Under the pieces are notes generated by a model, which saw only the letters and a program-made list of their open reading frames with translations, did no database searches and had not been told where the DNA came from. 64,000 bases of DNA. Origin: Octopus vulgaris (lineage: Eukaryota). Positions 25,366 to 37,582 of this stretch are shown here, one piece after another. The translations under genes were made by a program, and so were the position numbers. The DNA lies in the NCBI GenBank assembly GCA_951406725.2, contig OX597817.1:45570001-45634000 (forward strand). Direction: 5' to 3'. Position 1 is the first letter of the stretch. Each line of letters starts with the position of its first letter.

Positions 25366-27272
25366 TATATAAACTCACCTACTGGTCGTAGGTATAAATT
25401 CATGACAGTATAAACAGGTTCCTGATAAGGTGGCTTTCGATTCTATCGATATAATAATACGCTGTGTGTCTATACTTTCGTACCAATACACTTGTGTACG
25501 AATGATGGTGAAACAATTCGAAATTGATGTGATAAAAATAATTTGCTCACACCAATCAGGTTCTTAATAATATTTACTATACGCATATTATGTATTTTTG
25601 GTTATATGTTCTGTAAAATCCTGTCCCCGATTTATAGTTGAATTCGATAGCCTTTATTATCCGTTGAAGAGCTTAAAACTGTATTTTTCAGGTTTAACAC
25701 TCCCATAAACATGCATATGCGTGGAAGTGAGTGTGAGTGTCAAAGAGACAGTGCATATAGGTTGTTAGATATAACGGAAATCATATAGATACGTTTTTTA
25801 GACAGGCTTTGTATTAGAGTACAAATTTCATGCCAAAATGTAAAAAAACTAAGCTCACACTCTCTCACCCTTTCTTTCTTTCTTTCTTTCTTTCTTTTCG
25901 TCTCCCCTGTACTCACTCTCACCTTCCCTCTATCTTTGCCCTCTCATCCTTCTCATTCCATTCCCATTCCCCTATCTCCCTCTCTCTGCTGAAGGAGGCA
26001 TAGATAAAGACTTAACAGCTTTCTTTGTGTATAACAGCTATTTACGTATATATTTTATCTATTCGCTTTATCTATTTGTTTGTATACCAATATTCTACTC
26101 ATTATATTCATCGTGATTTTTAAACGGCTGTCATAGGAATGAGCTTCTCTTAATTATCTTGTACAAAATATTCTCGTCATAAATTATTTTTTTTCTATGT
26201 TAGTGATATTTCAATGGTTACCATACACTTCTGATTTCTATATCATCGGTGCATATATAGATTAAAATCATAATATATTACTTTTGGCGAATTCCGCTGA
26301 CGAAGGTACCACGTGCCAACTACGTGTAAAACAATCTTACTGTAAAAATCACGATCATATGTGTTGTGGATTTGCAATGAATTTTGAACCATTTTCCGTA
26401 TGTAGATTGATTATATTTTAAAGATTCTCTCACATGTATCTGTTCTTTTATCTCCTTATATTATTGCTCTAAAGCAGATCAATTGATATCTTAATTGCTT
26501 TCCAGAAAATAATTACTTTCGTTATAATGGCAAGTATTTATCCTTATAATAACTCTAAAAGCAAAATTCCTAAACTCAATTTTCAATTTGGTTTTTGTTT
26601 CTCGTTTCGGCAATTCAAGCATATTTCATAAAACATTCATGAAGAAAATTCACCATAATTGGGTTAATAGTATTTAAGCTATTTCAAGAGAAAAAGTCTT
26701 CTTCACTTCAGGGTGTATAAATGGTAAAATCCTTACGCAAGTTAATTTCAAGTGCCAGTGATGGAGGCAAAATGTGTTTATGAGATTCAATAAATTTCTG
26801 ACTGCTACAGAGCGTTCGTGATTGGAGAGGCAAAATCGAAAACATTACAAAATATTTCATTCAGTGGTTTGAATATATTATATCTTTCCTGTACTTACTT
26901 ATCATTATATATGAACATCCATACATACATTCATACGCACACATGTCATTTCTAATCTGTTGAGGAAAATGACATATACGGGCATACATATATAAATATA
27001 TGGGTATATACATATATACACATACTCACACAGAGTTACATATTTATATATACGTGTTCAGCCCCACTCTGTGGAACTTTGGATATCACATCTGTGATAG
27101 CATTGGGCCGGCCTTAAACTTATGAGTCGATTTGGTTAATTGAGTGGTTTGGTAAAAGACGCCAACAGAATAAGAACCAGGGTTCATTCATTCGATTAAA
27201 ATTTCTCAAAGCGATCTCCAGCATGGCCACACCCAAATAACTGGAACAGGTAAAAGATTATATATAAATATA

Positions 27273-27678
27273 GGCGCAGGAGTGGCTGCGTGGTAAGTAG
27301 CTTGCTTACCGACCATATGGTTCTGGGTTAAGCCCCACTGCGTAGCACCTTGGGCAAGTGTTCGCTACTATAGCCTCGGGCCGACCATAGCCGTGTGAGT
27401 GGACTTGGTAGACGGCAACTGAAAGAAGCCGGCCATTTATACATATCTATGTGTGTGTTTGTGTGTCTCTGTTTATTCCTCACCCCCCATCCCTGCATCG
27501 CTTGACAACCGATGCTGTTGTTTACGTCGCCGTAACTTAGCGGTTCGGCAAAAGCGATCGATAAAATAAGTCCTAGGCTTACAAAGAATAAGCTCTGGGG
27601 CCGATTTGCTCGACTAAAGGCGCTGCTCCAGCATGGCCGCAGTCAAAAGCCTGAAACAAGTAAATGAGTAAAAGAGTA
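27273..27678 (+). mobile_element. tRNA-SINE family B, near full length (a partial copy lies at 27060-27260)
   Basis: GGCGCAGGAGTGGCTGCGTGGTAAG head, CORE-like CACCTTGGGCAAGTG, tail CCAGCATGGCCGCAG..GAAACAAGTAAA(AGAGT)n. Confidence 0.85.
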
Positions 27679-27693
27679 ATAGAATATATATAT

Positions 27694-27724
<31 letters not shown>

Positions 27725-28371
27725 TTATAGAGAGAGAGAGAGAGAGCTACACGTATATACGCGCGCGTGTATTTGTGAGTGCGTGGTCTATTGCATTGTA
27801 TATAAACGTTGCATGGATGTCTGTAGATGTCGTATATTAATGAATGTATGTCGGTACCAGTGCAGATGGAACATCTACTGGTGTGATGCCAATATGTAAT
27901 GAATAGACAGCCAAATCGATATATTTCACAGTCGAAATAAGTGAGCTACAACTGATTGTTGACAGTTTTTACTCAAATCATATGCACATACCATTTGGCT
28001 AAAGCAATTTATCCACACTGTGTCACATACAAGTGACACACCTACACATACGTATTTGCGTATGGCGTGTTTACCTTCATATTCATACACGAACACACAA
28101 GCATAAACATATGGGCGTATGTCACTGTGTATATATGTGTGTGTATGGATTTGAAAATATATATATTAAATGCGTACAAGGCAATATATAATGAAGCAGT
28201 ACTCAAAAGAATGTCGAAGACAGAGTGGAAAGGAAGAATGGGGACGTAAAATGGTGACTGTATTTTTTAAATTTCAGAATCATAGTATAGTAAAAGAGAG
28301 TCATTAAATGAGATATTCTCAGGTTTTGAGGGAGAGAGGAATTTCTGGACAGAGATATAGAAAGTTCAATA

Positions 28372-28588
28372 TATTATTGGTTTCAAATTTTGGCACAAGA
28401 CCAGAAACTTCTCTATGTGTTATGTCGATTATATCGACCCATATGTTCAATTGATACTAAGTTTATCGATTCTGATAGGATGAAAGCCAAAGTCGACCTC
28501 AGCGGAATTTGAACTCAAAATGTAAAGACGGACGATATGCCACTAAGTATTTTGGCCAGCGGACTAGCAATTCTGCCAGCTTGCCGTG
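28372..28588 (-). mobile_element. SINE family A head/core with a third tail type (A3)
   Basis: Tail reads GGTCTTGTGCCAAAATTTGAAACCAATAAT on the minus strand. Confidence 0.75.
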
Positions 28589-28927
28589 GTGAGGAAAGAT
28601 GGTGGGGAAATGAAATATATATTTAAAAATGTTGGTGCGTATTTCAAATGACACTAAAATACAGTTTGTGTAAGAGACCAAATGTATGCTAGAATATGTA
28701 TGAGGTAAATGTCTCTTTTTGTAGTACTTGTTCTGGCTCTCTGCACCCTCAGTTCAAGCTCTACCGATGTCTCATTTACCTTTCGTCTTTTCAAGATGCA
28801 TAAATTTTGTAAATAGTAGTACACGCCTTTGGAAAAACAGAATTGTTGGAAAGTTAAAGAAGTCCCTTTGTGGAGCTGTTAGAAATGTTTAATACTTTCT
28901 AACAGCTCCACAAAGTGAGCTGTTTAA

Positions 28928-29260
28928 GGCGGCGAACTGGCAGAAACGTTAGCACGCCGGGTGAAATGCTAAGCGGTATTTCGTCTGCCGTTACGTTCTG
29001 ACTTCAAATTCCGCCGAGGTCGACTTTGCCTTTCATCCTTTTTGCGGTCGATAAATCAAAGTACCAGTTACGCACTGGGGGTCGATATAATCGACTTAAA
29101 TCGTTTGTCTGCCCTTGTATGTCCTCTCTGTGCTTAGCCCCTTGTGGGTAGTAAAGAAATAGGTATTTCGTCTGCCGTTACGTTCTGACTTCAAATTCCG
29201 CCGAGGTCGACTTTGTCTTTATCCTCTATGTTTAGCGCCTTGTGGGCAATAAAGAAATAA
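28928..29260 (+). mobile_element. SINE family A dimer (second unit internally deleted) with 17-bp TSD
   Basis: TSD AAATGTTTAATACTTTC at 28883 and 29261. Confidence 0.9.
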
Positions 29261-30029
29261 AAATGTTTAATACTTTCGAATGGCAACGCCTGTGATGTCA
29301 TAGCTACTATATTTTATCGACAGTTGTCTTATCTTCGGATGACATCCTTGGTGTGGTGTGGGGCACATCTGTCTGCATAGTTAAGTGCTAGTCTTCCATT
29401 TGGAAAAAAACAAAAAAAAACAATTTTGATCAGCGACAATACTAGCCGATGGGCTGAGATTAAGGCACCAAACCACGAAACAAAAGCGGTAAAGCATATT
29501 TGCCTGGTGACATTTGTCAGTAGATTCCCCTGTACAGAAATAAAGACCCAAACTTTTGGAGGGTTGATAGCTTCTGGCACTGGGCTTATAGTTTGAGTAT
29601 TACACTAATACATTGTCCAGAGTAGTAATCGTTATAGACTGGAGCATGTCAAAGTACTTTTCAATTTGCCGTGCATGATTGTAATAGTTCAAATATGATG
29701 GAGTCAAAAGGGTTAGATTTGGTGAATATTGGCCGCGACACAACAATCTGGCGACGGATGGGAAATATGCCATAATTTTGGAACCTGCCATCGCTAGAAC
29801 ACTCTTCACAGACTACTATACTTTAGAAGCGGATTAAATGCTATTCCGCATGCATATTAAGTATTGGATATTAATTTGACTAAGAATAATACACTACATC
29901 TTGAAAAGCAAAGAGCTTCTTAGCCGTGCCATTCAGGAAATTAAATTTCATTTATCAATCATCGTGGATAAATATAAAGAGAAAAATTGAAATGAAATGG
30001 TCAGAGAATTATTAGACTGACAATAATTA

Positions 30030-30223
30030 ATCCGTTCTACTGAAGTTATAAGGCCTGAAATGTTGGTGTAAGTCGATTACATTGACTCCAGAACTTAACT
30101 GGTACTTAATTTATCGAGCCTGAAAGGTAAAGTCAACCTAAGCGGAATTTGAACTCAGAACGTAGCGAGAAACGAAATAAGCATTTTACCCTGTATGCAA
30201 ATGAATCTGCCAGCTTGCCGCCT
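30030..30223 (-). mobile_element. SINE family A2
   Basis: Head/core of family A plus an AGGCCTGAAA-containing tail like the 15862 copy. Confidence 0.75.
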
Positions 30224-30315
30224 TTGGCTTGACAATAAATAATACTGATAGTTATACATAAATTTTGAGGACGAGAGTTTAGAAGAGAGCGAGATAGATA
30301 ATTTAAGAGATACTG

Positions 30316-30319
<4 letters not shown>

Positions 30320-30353
<34 letters not shown>

Positions 30354-30379
30354 GTGTATATGTATATGTAGATATATAC

Positions 30380-30474
<95 letters not shown>

Positions 30475-30721
30475 TAGACGTATACATTTAAGCATATATA
30501 TATACAGACATACATATATGTGAGTGTTTGTGTGCATGTGTATATGTGTGTGCAAAATTTCGTAAGTGCATTAACTAAGTAAATCAGTTACAAATATATA
30601 CCTACGTTTTTGTGAACGTGACATCGACATAATATTGACTTCAATTCTTAAAACGGCTTTCATTTTTTAGTTTCTTTGCATATGTGTGTTTGTGTATTTG
30701 TTTGCATATGTATGCTTGTGC

Positions 30722-30811
<90 letters not shown>

Positions 30812-30815
30812 GTGA
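30320..30815. repeat. Compound (TA)n/(GATA)n and (GA)n/(GT)n microsatellites
   Basis: Seen directly. Confidence 0.9.
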
Positions 30816-31652
30816 CGTGTGTGTTTCTGTAATGTGTTTCTGTAATGACAGCCATTATTGAGCTATCTGTTCAAGACATATATTTGCATGTATTCGAAGT
30901 TCACTTAGATTTTCTTATATCTGATTTTGTAGTTTTCTGCTCTTCGCTTCTGTTTTCACTATAAATATGTTAAATTGTTAAACAAAAGAGATGTAGTGTG
31001 ATTGACATTATCAAGGGCGTATATTCTGTGAACTACTCGATGACATTTTTATATCCTTTCATAAGCTTAGTTACAAGTGCACTGAAATTACACAAGCATG
31101 AATTACAGAATAAATAAATAAGGTAGTAAATAAATAAAGGATTTTAAAATAAAGTACAACTTGATTTGAACTGATATGTTTGATATCACGCGGATTATTC
31201 TGCAGTAATTTCGATGACGAAGCGTGCCAGAGTAGAAAATAAAAAAGAATACGGAAACAAGGTGACAAATAATACTCTGATTAACACTTTTATTCTGTAT
31301 ACCAATAAGATAACAACAATAAAATAGGGAAATAGTTGCATAAAGACAGAGTGAAGAGATGTCATATAAATCGTGCACTCAGTAATTTTACATATGTGTC
31401 ATGAATGTAAGTGCGTGTGTCCTACAGTGTACAGAAGACAATGTACGTTTAGAACTCAAAGTGTTTGTAGTGTGAAAGGCCATTCATCATGAAAAAGAGT
31501 GTTATTCGAAATCACACGATATACGCACGTTTCGGCATTTTAAAAACTAGAGTATACAGAGACGACGGCAATGACGATAATATTTTATATGCGAGGGAAT
31601 AAATATATGTATGTTTTAAACACACACACACATATACACACAGACATATGTT

Positions 31653-31696
<44 letters not shown>

Positions 31697-31699
<3 letters not shown>

Positions 31700-32015
31700 T
31701 AAAGGAGCACTCCGTCGGTTACGACGACGAGGGTCCCAGCTGATATGCTCAACGGAATAGCTTGCTCGTGGAATTAACGTGCAAGTGGCTGAGCAATCCA
31801 CAGACACAAGTACCCTTAACGTAGTTCTCAGGGAGATTCAGCGTGACAAGGCCGGCCTTTTGAAATATAGGTACAACTCATTTTTGCCAGCTGAGTGGAC
31901 TGGAGCAACGTGAAATAAAGTGTCTTGCTCAAGGACACAACGCATCGCCAGGAATCGAACTCACGACCTTACAATCGTCAGCCGAATGCCCTAGCCACTA
32001 AGCCATGCGCCTTCA

Positions 32016-32016
<1 letters not shown>
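31697..32016 (-). mobile_element. tRNA-SINE family D, full length, in (TA)n
   Basis: Reverse complement: GAAGGCGCATGGCTTAGTGGCTAGGG..GAGTTCGATTCC..TGTCCTTGAGCAAGACACTT..CAGTCCACTCAGCTGGCAAAAATGAGT. A decayed copy lies at 50610-50795. Confidence 0.85.
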
Positions 32017-32061
<45 letters not shown>

Positions 32062-32113
32062 TAAGAAGTTAAAATAATGGTCATTACATATTTTTCCTTC
32101 ATTGGAGCAAATT

Positions 32114-32238
32114 TGGCTTACAGCCGTTTCCAATAGTTCGTATAGGTACATTACTGATAGGTTTACTCAAGTGGTCTATTGATCAATTTAGGAACATTGA
32201 AGGGCATAATAAAATTAATGTTACTTTCATCAGAACCA
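32114..32238 (-). ncRNA. Hammerhead-like motif with long stem II, overlapping an inverted repeat (PLE pLTR-like)
   Basis: Minus strand TGGTT-CTGATGA-(~95 nt)-GAAAC-GGCT-GTA-AGCCA. Stem I TGGTT/AGCCA. The base of stem II pairs poorly. Confidence 0.5.
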
Positions 32239-32479
32239 TTTCTTGTTAGAAATGCCTCTGAACAGTTGTAAGCCAAATTTTCTCCAGCAAAGAAAAAATA
32301 TGTAATAATCATTATTTTAAACCTGCTTCTTATGTATCACCCTGTGTAAAACCAGTTTCTTTGAGCTCATCCCTGGATTTACATTATAGAACTGTATTGA
32401 GCCATAAACGTGGACCCTACCACACAAGATTAACTGGTGTTCTTCACTAATCTAAGCAATGTTTTCAGCCTGCCGTACC

Positions 32480-32840
32480 AACTTATAATCTAGCGAAAAA
32501 CATCGGTACTATAGTTTCGGGTACCAATACCTGTGAAATAAGACTCCGTGAATTTAAAGCAGCACTAATCAGGAGACATTACCAAACATCATAAATAAAT
32601 AATGGGATTAAACGAGCAAAGGAAATATACATACAAATATTAAAGGAAGTTAACCGAAATCCCACATCACATTTAAAATTACTCCCATGCAGCACTACAC
32701 ATAACCCATGAAACAATAAATCATTCAACATCATTATACAAAATTTACCCATTCTCACTGGAGATAAAACAATGAACGAAATTATCAACAGCAAAACGCA
32801 ACCGAAGCTATTGAAAAAATATTAACAAGCGCATGACTAT
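32480..32840 (+). mobile_element. Penelope-like element remnant (RT thumb/linker)
   Basis: YNLAKNIGTIVSGTNTCEIRLREFKAALIRRHY...INNGIKRAKEI...LPCSTTHNP*NNKSFNIIIQNLPILTGDKTMNEII..QPKLLKK. Confidence 0.8.
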
Positions 32841-33140
32841 ATCCCTTAACAAAGGAACCAAAAGCGAAAAGATGTGTTGTCTGTTTGTGTGTGCGTGTAG
32901 AGATAGAGAGATAGATAGATAGACAGAGATATAGCTTGCTGTATTAGAGAATTTAAGTAAAATTATATTAAAATATCTAACTGATTAAAATTTCTATTAT
33001 GCAACTGAAGATAGCAATGGTTTTAGATTGATGTAATGATTGCATTGTTCAGTTCAATGGAGCCACTTGAAACGGTCGTACTGTGTCACCTCTTGATATT
33101 ATGTTGCTTACTTTGATAGATAGATCGATAGATAGACAGA

Positions 33141-33715
33141 TATGTTTCTTTATTAGCCACACAGGGCTGCACACAGATAGAACAAATTACAAGGTAGAGC
33201 TTTTCTTTTGAAGGTTTAAAAAAAAAAAAAGAAAAAAGGATGGGGGGAGTTTCGATCAAAAGGGATCGTAAAAGGAGAGAAAGAGGACAAAAATAAAGGG
33301 GGGTTAAAAAAAGGGGGAGAGGAAAAAAAATTGATCAATAGGGATCGTTATCACAGAAATGTCAATATGAAGTGTAAAGGGGAGGACAGGTGAGGTTTAC
33401 CCGTGGAAAGAAAAGCCTACGGAAAAGACCACGGTAACCTCGGTCAATGAAGTCACATGTTATATTTATTTTTTTTTTTGCGAATAAGCAACTCTCTGTT
33501 TTCAATTTCTGGGTTCATAGGATTATGCTCAAGGTGGCTTCGTCATTCATACGTGCCATTCTTGCTACATTCACCCATCTTTTTTTAAAACATTCGCTAG
33601 ACAAAACTTGCCTCTCTACTCTCACTTTCCTTTTCAAGTGGTACTTGAAGAAGTTGATGAGAGATTGACCAGAGAGGAAAGTGTTTGTCTCCAATCCTTT
33701 CAGACGCGTCCACCA
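33141..33715 (-). mobile_element. 5'-truncated Tx1/L1-clade-like LINE: ORF2 C-terminus plus 3' UTR, inserted in (GATA)n
   Basis: Open frame 33715-33515 reads WWTRLKGLETNTFLSGQSLINFFKYHLKRKVRVERQVLSSECFKKRWVNVARMARMNDEATLSIIL*. The WxxR...F..RW pattern is typical of L1/Tx1 ORF2 ends. The 3' UTR ends in AATAAAGAAACATA. Confidence 0.75.
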
Positions 33716-33719
33716 GAAG

Positions 33720-33721
33720 AC

Positions 33722-33807
<86 letters not shown>
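33720..33807. repeat. (GATA)n array
   Basis: Seen directly. Confidence 0.97.
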
Positions 33808-34685
33808 CTATGTATGTATGTACGTATTGCCCATCTTGTCACAACTCTCGAGACAGAAAAATATAACAGAATAAATATGCATTTATAGTTAATTACCTCA
33901 CCAAAACAAAAATGCTTTATCAAATGCGCAGCTTCAATGCCACGTTAGCCTTATGATCATTAATGGTATGAAGTACATCTATCAAGGCTGTTTGGAAAAA
34001 AGACGTCTCTTCGCCGAGACAATTTATTTTGTCTTTGAATTCTTCGAATTCTTCTGGAAACTCGAATTTGTGTCCACAACGAATGCTATTCACGATGAAT
34101 CAAAACAGTCGGTTTATCGAGACTAGTGCTTGCTTCTGAAATAATGAGCTCCCCTTAGAGCCGTGCAAATTATATGATCCAGTTATCACCTTAAACAAGT
34201 GCAGAATTCTCATATCATGATAAAAATTGATTCTCACGATCTTCTTAGTTATTTTTTAAATGCAACAAGGTTTAAGTAGACTCAACCCATTATACATGAC
34301 AATCCAACCACTCCGTGACTCGCATTTATTTCAGGAACAGAATGTTCCTGTTTTACTTACCTTTAGTAGATTGTTTTTCAGTATTCCACCGTTTTAACTA
34401 ATTATGAACGAAACCTTTGTAGATATGAAGATAAAAGAAGAAAAAAACACTTATGCTTGTGTCTATATTTCTGCCTTGTTTCCTTTACAGAAATTCGTCA
34501 AATACAAGATACAATTCATATGAAGCGGCTTTTCGATTAATGAAAAACTAATATTGTTCTCGCCGTTGCATAAAAGCATGACTATATGCATATTTATATA
34601 AACACATACGCACGCACACACTCACATGTACATAGACAGACAGACAGACAAGCACACGCATACATATATATTTTGTATATATATA

Positions 34686-34716
<31 letters not shown>

Positions 34717-34946
34717 GTGTGCATGCGTGTGTATGTGTGTATACATACATGCAAACGAATATAAATGAAAGCACGTGGACAAGTAGGCACTTGAACAGCA
34801 TAACATTAGTTGCTCGCATTTAAAGTACTGTATATATTATATAAATATCTATATATACGTGTATATAATTATGTATGCGTATACATCTATGTATATACAT
34901 GTGATTGTGTAGCTACCTCTCTCTCTATCTATCTATCTATCTATCT

Positions 34947-34987
<41 letters not shown>

Positions 34988-34988
<1 letters not shown>

Positions 34989-35179
34989 CCATGATAGATC
35001 GTTAGCCACTACACACATTTTTTTCTCTCCTTGTTTTTTATGTGTCCCTTTCTGTAGAAGAGAGTAAACTCGAAACGTAAAAGAGTTTTTTTCTATTCCT
35101 GAGCGTTATACTAATACATCTGTTTGTTTTGTACACCACATGTCTTCGTCTTTTGTTTTTTTTCGTAAACTCCCCCCTG

Positions 35180-35180
<1 letters not shown>
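34988..35180 (+). mobile_element. Family H repeat, copy 4, inserted in (TA)n
   Basis: CTTT-CTGTAGA-A-GAG-AGTAAA-CTC-GAAACGTA-AAAG at ~35048-35083; (TA)n on both sides. Confidence 0.8.
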
Positions 35181-35225
<45 letters not shown>

Positions 35226-35955
35226 GTACAAATAAAATTGCGTCTAATGGTGTAATGAAATACGCAAGTTTGGCTTTATTAATTAGTCTGTATACTCAGA
35301 CAGTTGTCTGGTGGAGGAAACGAAACATTAATAAAATTGTGTATTATGTACAGTGTCATAAAACAAGTGAGACACTTATGTCTAGAATAGCCTGAGAGAA
35401 AATTATTAAAGAAAAAAATGGGAGAGGAAAGAGCAGATAAAATGAGAATATAATAATAAGACAGTGGGAGAAGGATACATCGAAAGGATAGGTATAACAT
35501 GCGGTCTATTATTCAGGGAAGAGTGAGCATGTTTACACAGAAAGGGGCTGAAGGGGACGTATTAAAGTGACTGACACAGGCCAGAAATGGTAATTGGAAA
35601 CATGGATAAGTAGGAAAATATCATTATTTTACATCATAATTAAAGTCCCATAAGACAAATTTAATGGTTAAAAGGTAATGATAATAAGAATACGTTATAA
35701 AAGCGTAGATAAAAATGGCTCTGATTTGTTGAGCGTTTGAACCAAAGAAGTCACGATCGATTTATTGAGAATGAAATGTGGGCGAATCTTTATGATCTGG
35801 ATACGAAGACTCAATATATTCAATGATGCCGTACTTTTCACTAAGCTTAACATGCTCAAGAGTGGTAATTTGTGAAGCTGAACAAACTCTTCATGTCCCG
35901 CTGTCAGTTTACTTAACTGACAAACATAATTCAGCTTTCTCTCTTACCATATATC

Positions 35956-36359
35956 TATTTCTTTACTTTCCACAAGGGGCTAAACACAGGGGGGACAAAA
36001 AAGGACAGGCAGACGGATTAGTCGATTATATCGACCCCAGTGCGTAACTGGTACTTATTTAATCGATCCCGAAATAATGAAAGGCAAAGTCGACCACGGC
36101 GGAATTGAACTCAGAATATAGCGGCACATGAAATACATATTTCTTTACTACCCACTAGGGGCTAAACACAGAGAGGACAAACAAGGATAGACAAACGGAT
36201 TAAGTCGATTATATCGACTCCAGTGCGTAACTGATACTTAATTTATCGACCCCAGAAGGATGAAAGGCTAAGGTGGAATTTGAAATCAGTACGTAGCGCC
36301 AGACGAAATACAGTTACGCATTTCGCCAAGTGTGCTAACGTTTCTGCCAGCTCGCCGCC
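35956..36359 (-). mobile_element. SINE family A dimer with 14-bp TSD
   Basis: TCTCTTACCATATA at 35940 and 36361. Confidence 0.9.
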
Positions 36360-36489
36360 TTCTCTTACCATATACCACACCCCCGATATCCTCTCCGCGA
36401 TACGAGCAAGTGTATGCAAACATACGTCGTTCATTCAGTACATTTTCTTAAACAAATTCGATGACTACTACGTTTTTAGTGCGATCTGA

Positions 36490-36670
36490 ACATCCCACAT
36501 CCGACTGAAGGAGCACTTGACTGCAAACGCCTCTGTCTTCCGCAAGCACACACTTACATGCAACAGCGAGATAGATACTGACCACGGAGAGGAACATAGA
36601 ATATATTTCTGTCAACGAATCCTTGCTCATCCACCGGCGTAAACCAAATATCAATAGTCTTCGAACTTGG
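36490..36670 (+). mobile_element. Decayed PLE GIY-YIG C-terminal fragment
   Basis: HIRLKEHLTANASVFRKHTLTCNS...ESLLIHRRKPNINS resembles R..EH...H...E...I....P.IN. Confidence 0.55.
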
Positions 36671-37508
36671 GTTTACCAATCACCCCCAACAACGCCGCTT
36701 CAATGGCCCGCAGTATCACATATACAACTAAAGATCTTTCGGCTATACGAATGGAAAGATCCCCATAGGCTCACATTTCTTAAACATATGCTTATGGAGA
36801 TGGGCCAGTGTACCTGAAATATATGAAGGTTTTACCTCTTCCCATTCTACAGTGTTAGGTCTTCTTTTTTCCATTTTCGTTTCTTATTCTCCATGCTGCA
36901 TTTTGCACTGGCTAAAAGGCAAGTCGGCTGGATGACATTATATCTGCTCGCAACTATGTAGGGGCTTAAAACAAATAACGATATCATGGTGCATACTACC
37001 TAGTACTTGACAGACATCAGACGATATTCTATAACATTACTCAAATTTTATCTCATAAAACCAATATTTAATTCCCTAATTCTCTGTCTACAGTAAATTA
37101 CCATCTACTGTTCTAATAACGTATCCTCTAAAATTTAATTCTGTAGTCTCTCACTAAACTTCAATATACTCAGCATGGAAATATATAGCTTATCGGTCCG
37201 AGCTCTCAGAGAACCCATTTAACAAAGAAGGATAATCGAATCTACTTTCCAGCGTTTTATGCTCTCCACAATTCTCCACACGAAACTCCATAATCAACGA
37301 TACCTTCAATGAGCATTCGGCTATCCAAAACACTTCAGTCTACTGAAATAAATATGGGGATAAATCAAAGCTCATACGATTTTCATTGGCCGGATTGAAG
37401 CAATGCAAAATAATGCCAAGTGCCACCCGCCCAAATCTAGGGACCACGGGCTTAGAATCAAAAGCATCGTCAGTAGGTCTCTTTCTACAAAAGAAATATG
37501 CAAAAATA

Positions 37509-37579
<71 letters not shown>

Positions 37580-37582
<3 letters not shown>

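Noticed and set aside
26286-26378. Hammerhead-like CTGACGA with a plausible stem I (GCGAATTCCG/TGGATTTGC)
   Set aside because: No GAAA/NUH half-core in register; at most a decayed remnant.
29340-29740. Tc1-like words (CAPHHT, QYSPNL) on the minus strand
   Set aside because: Wrong order for a DDE/D transposase and no other motifs.
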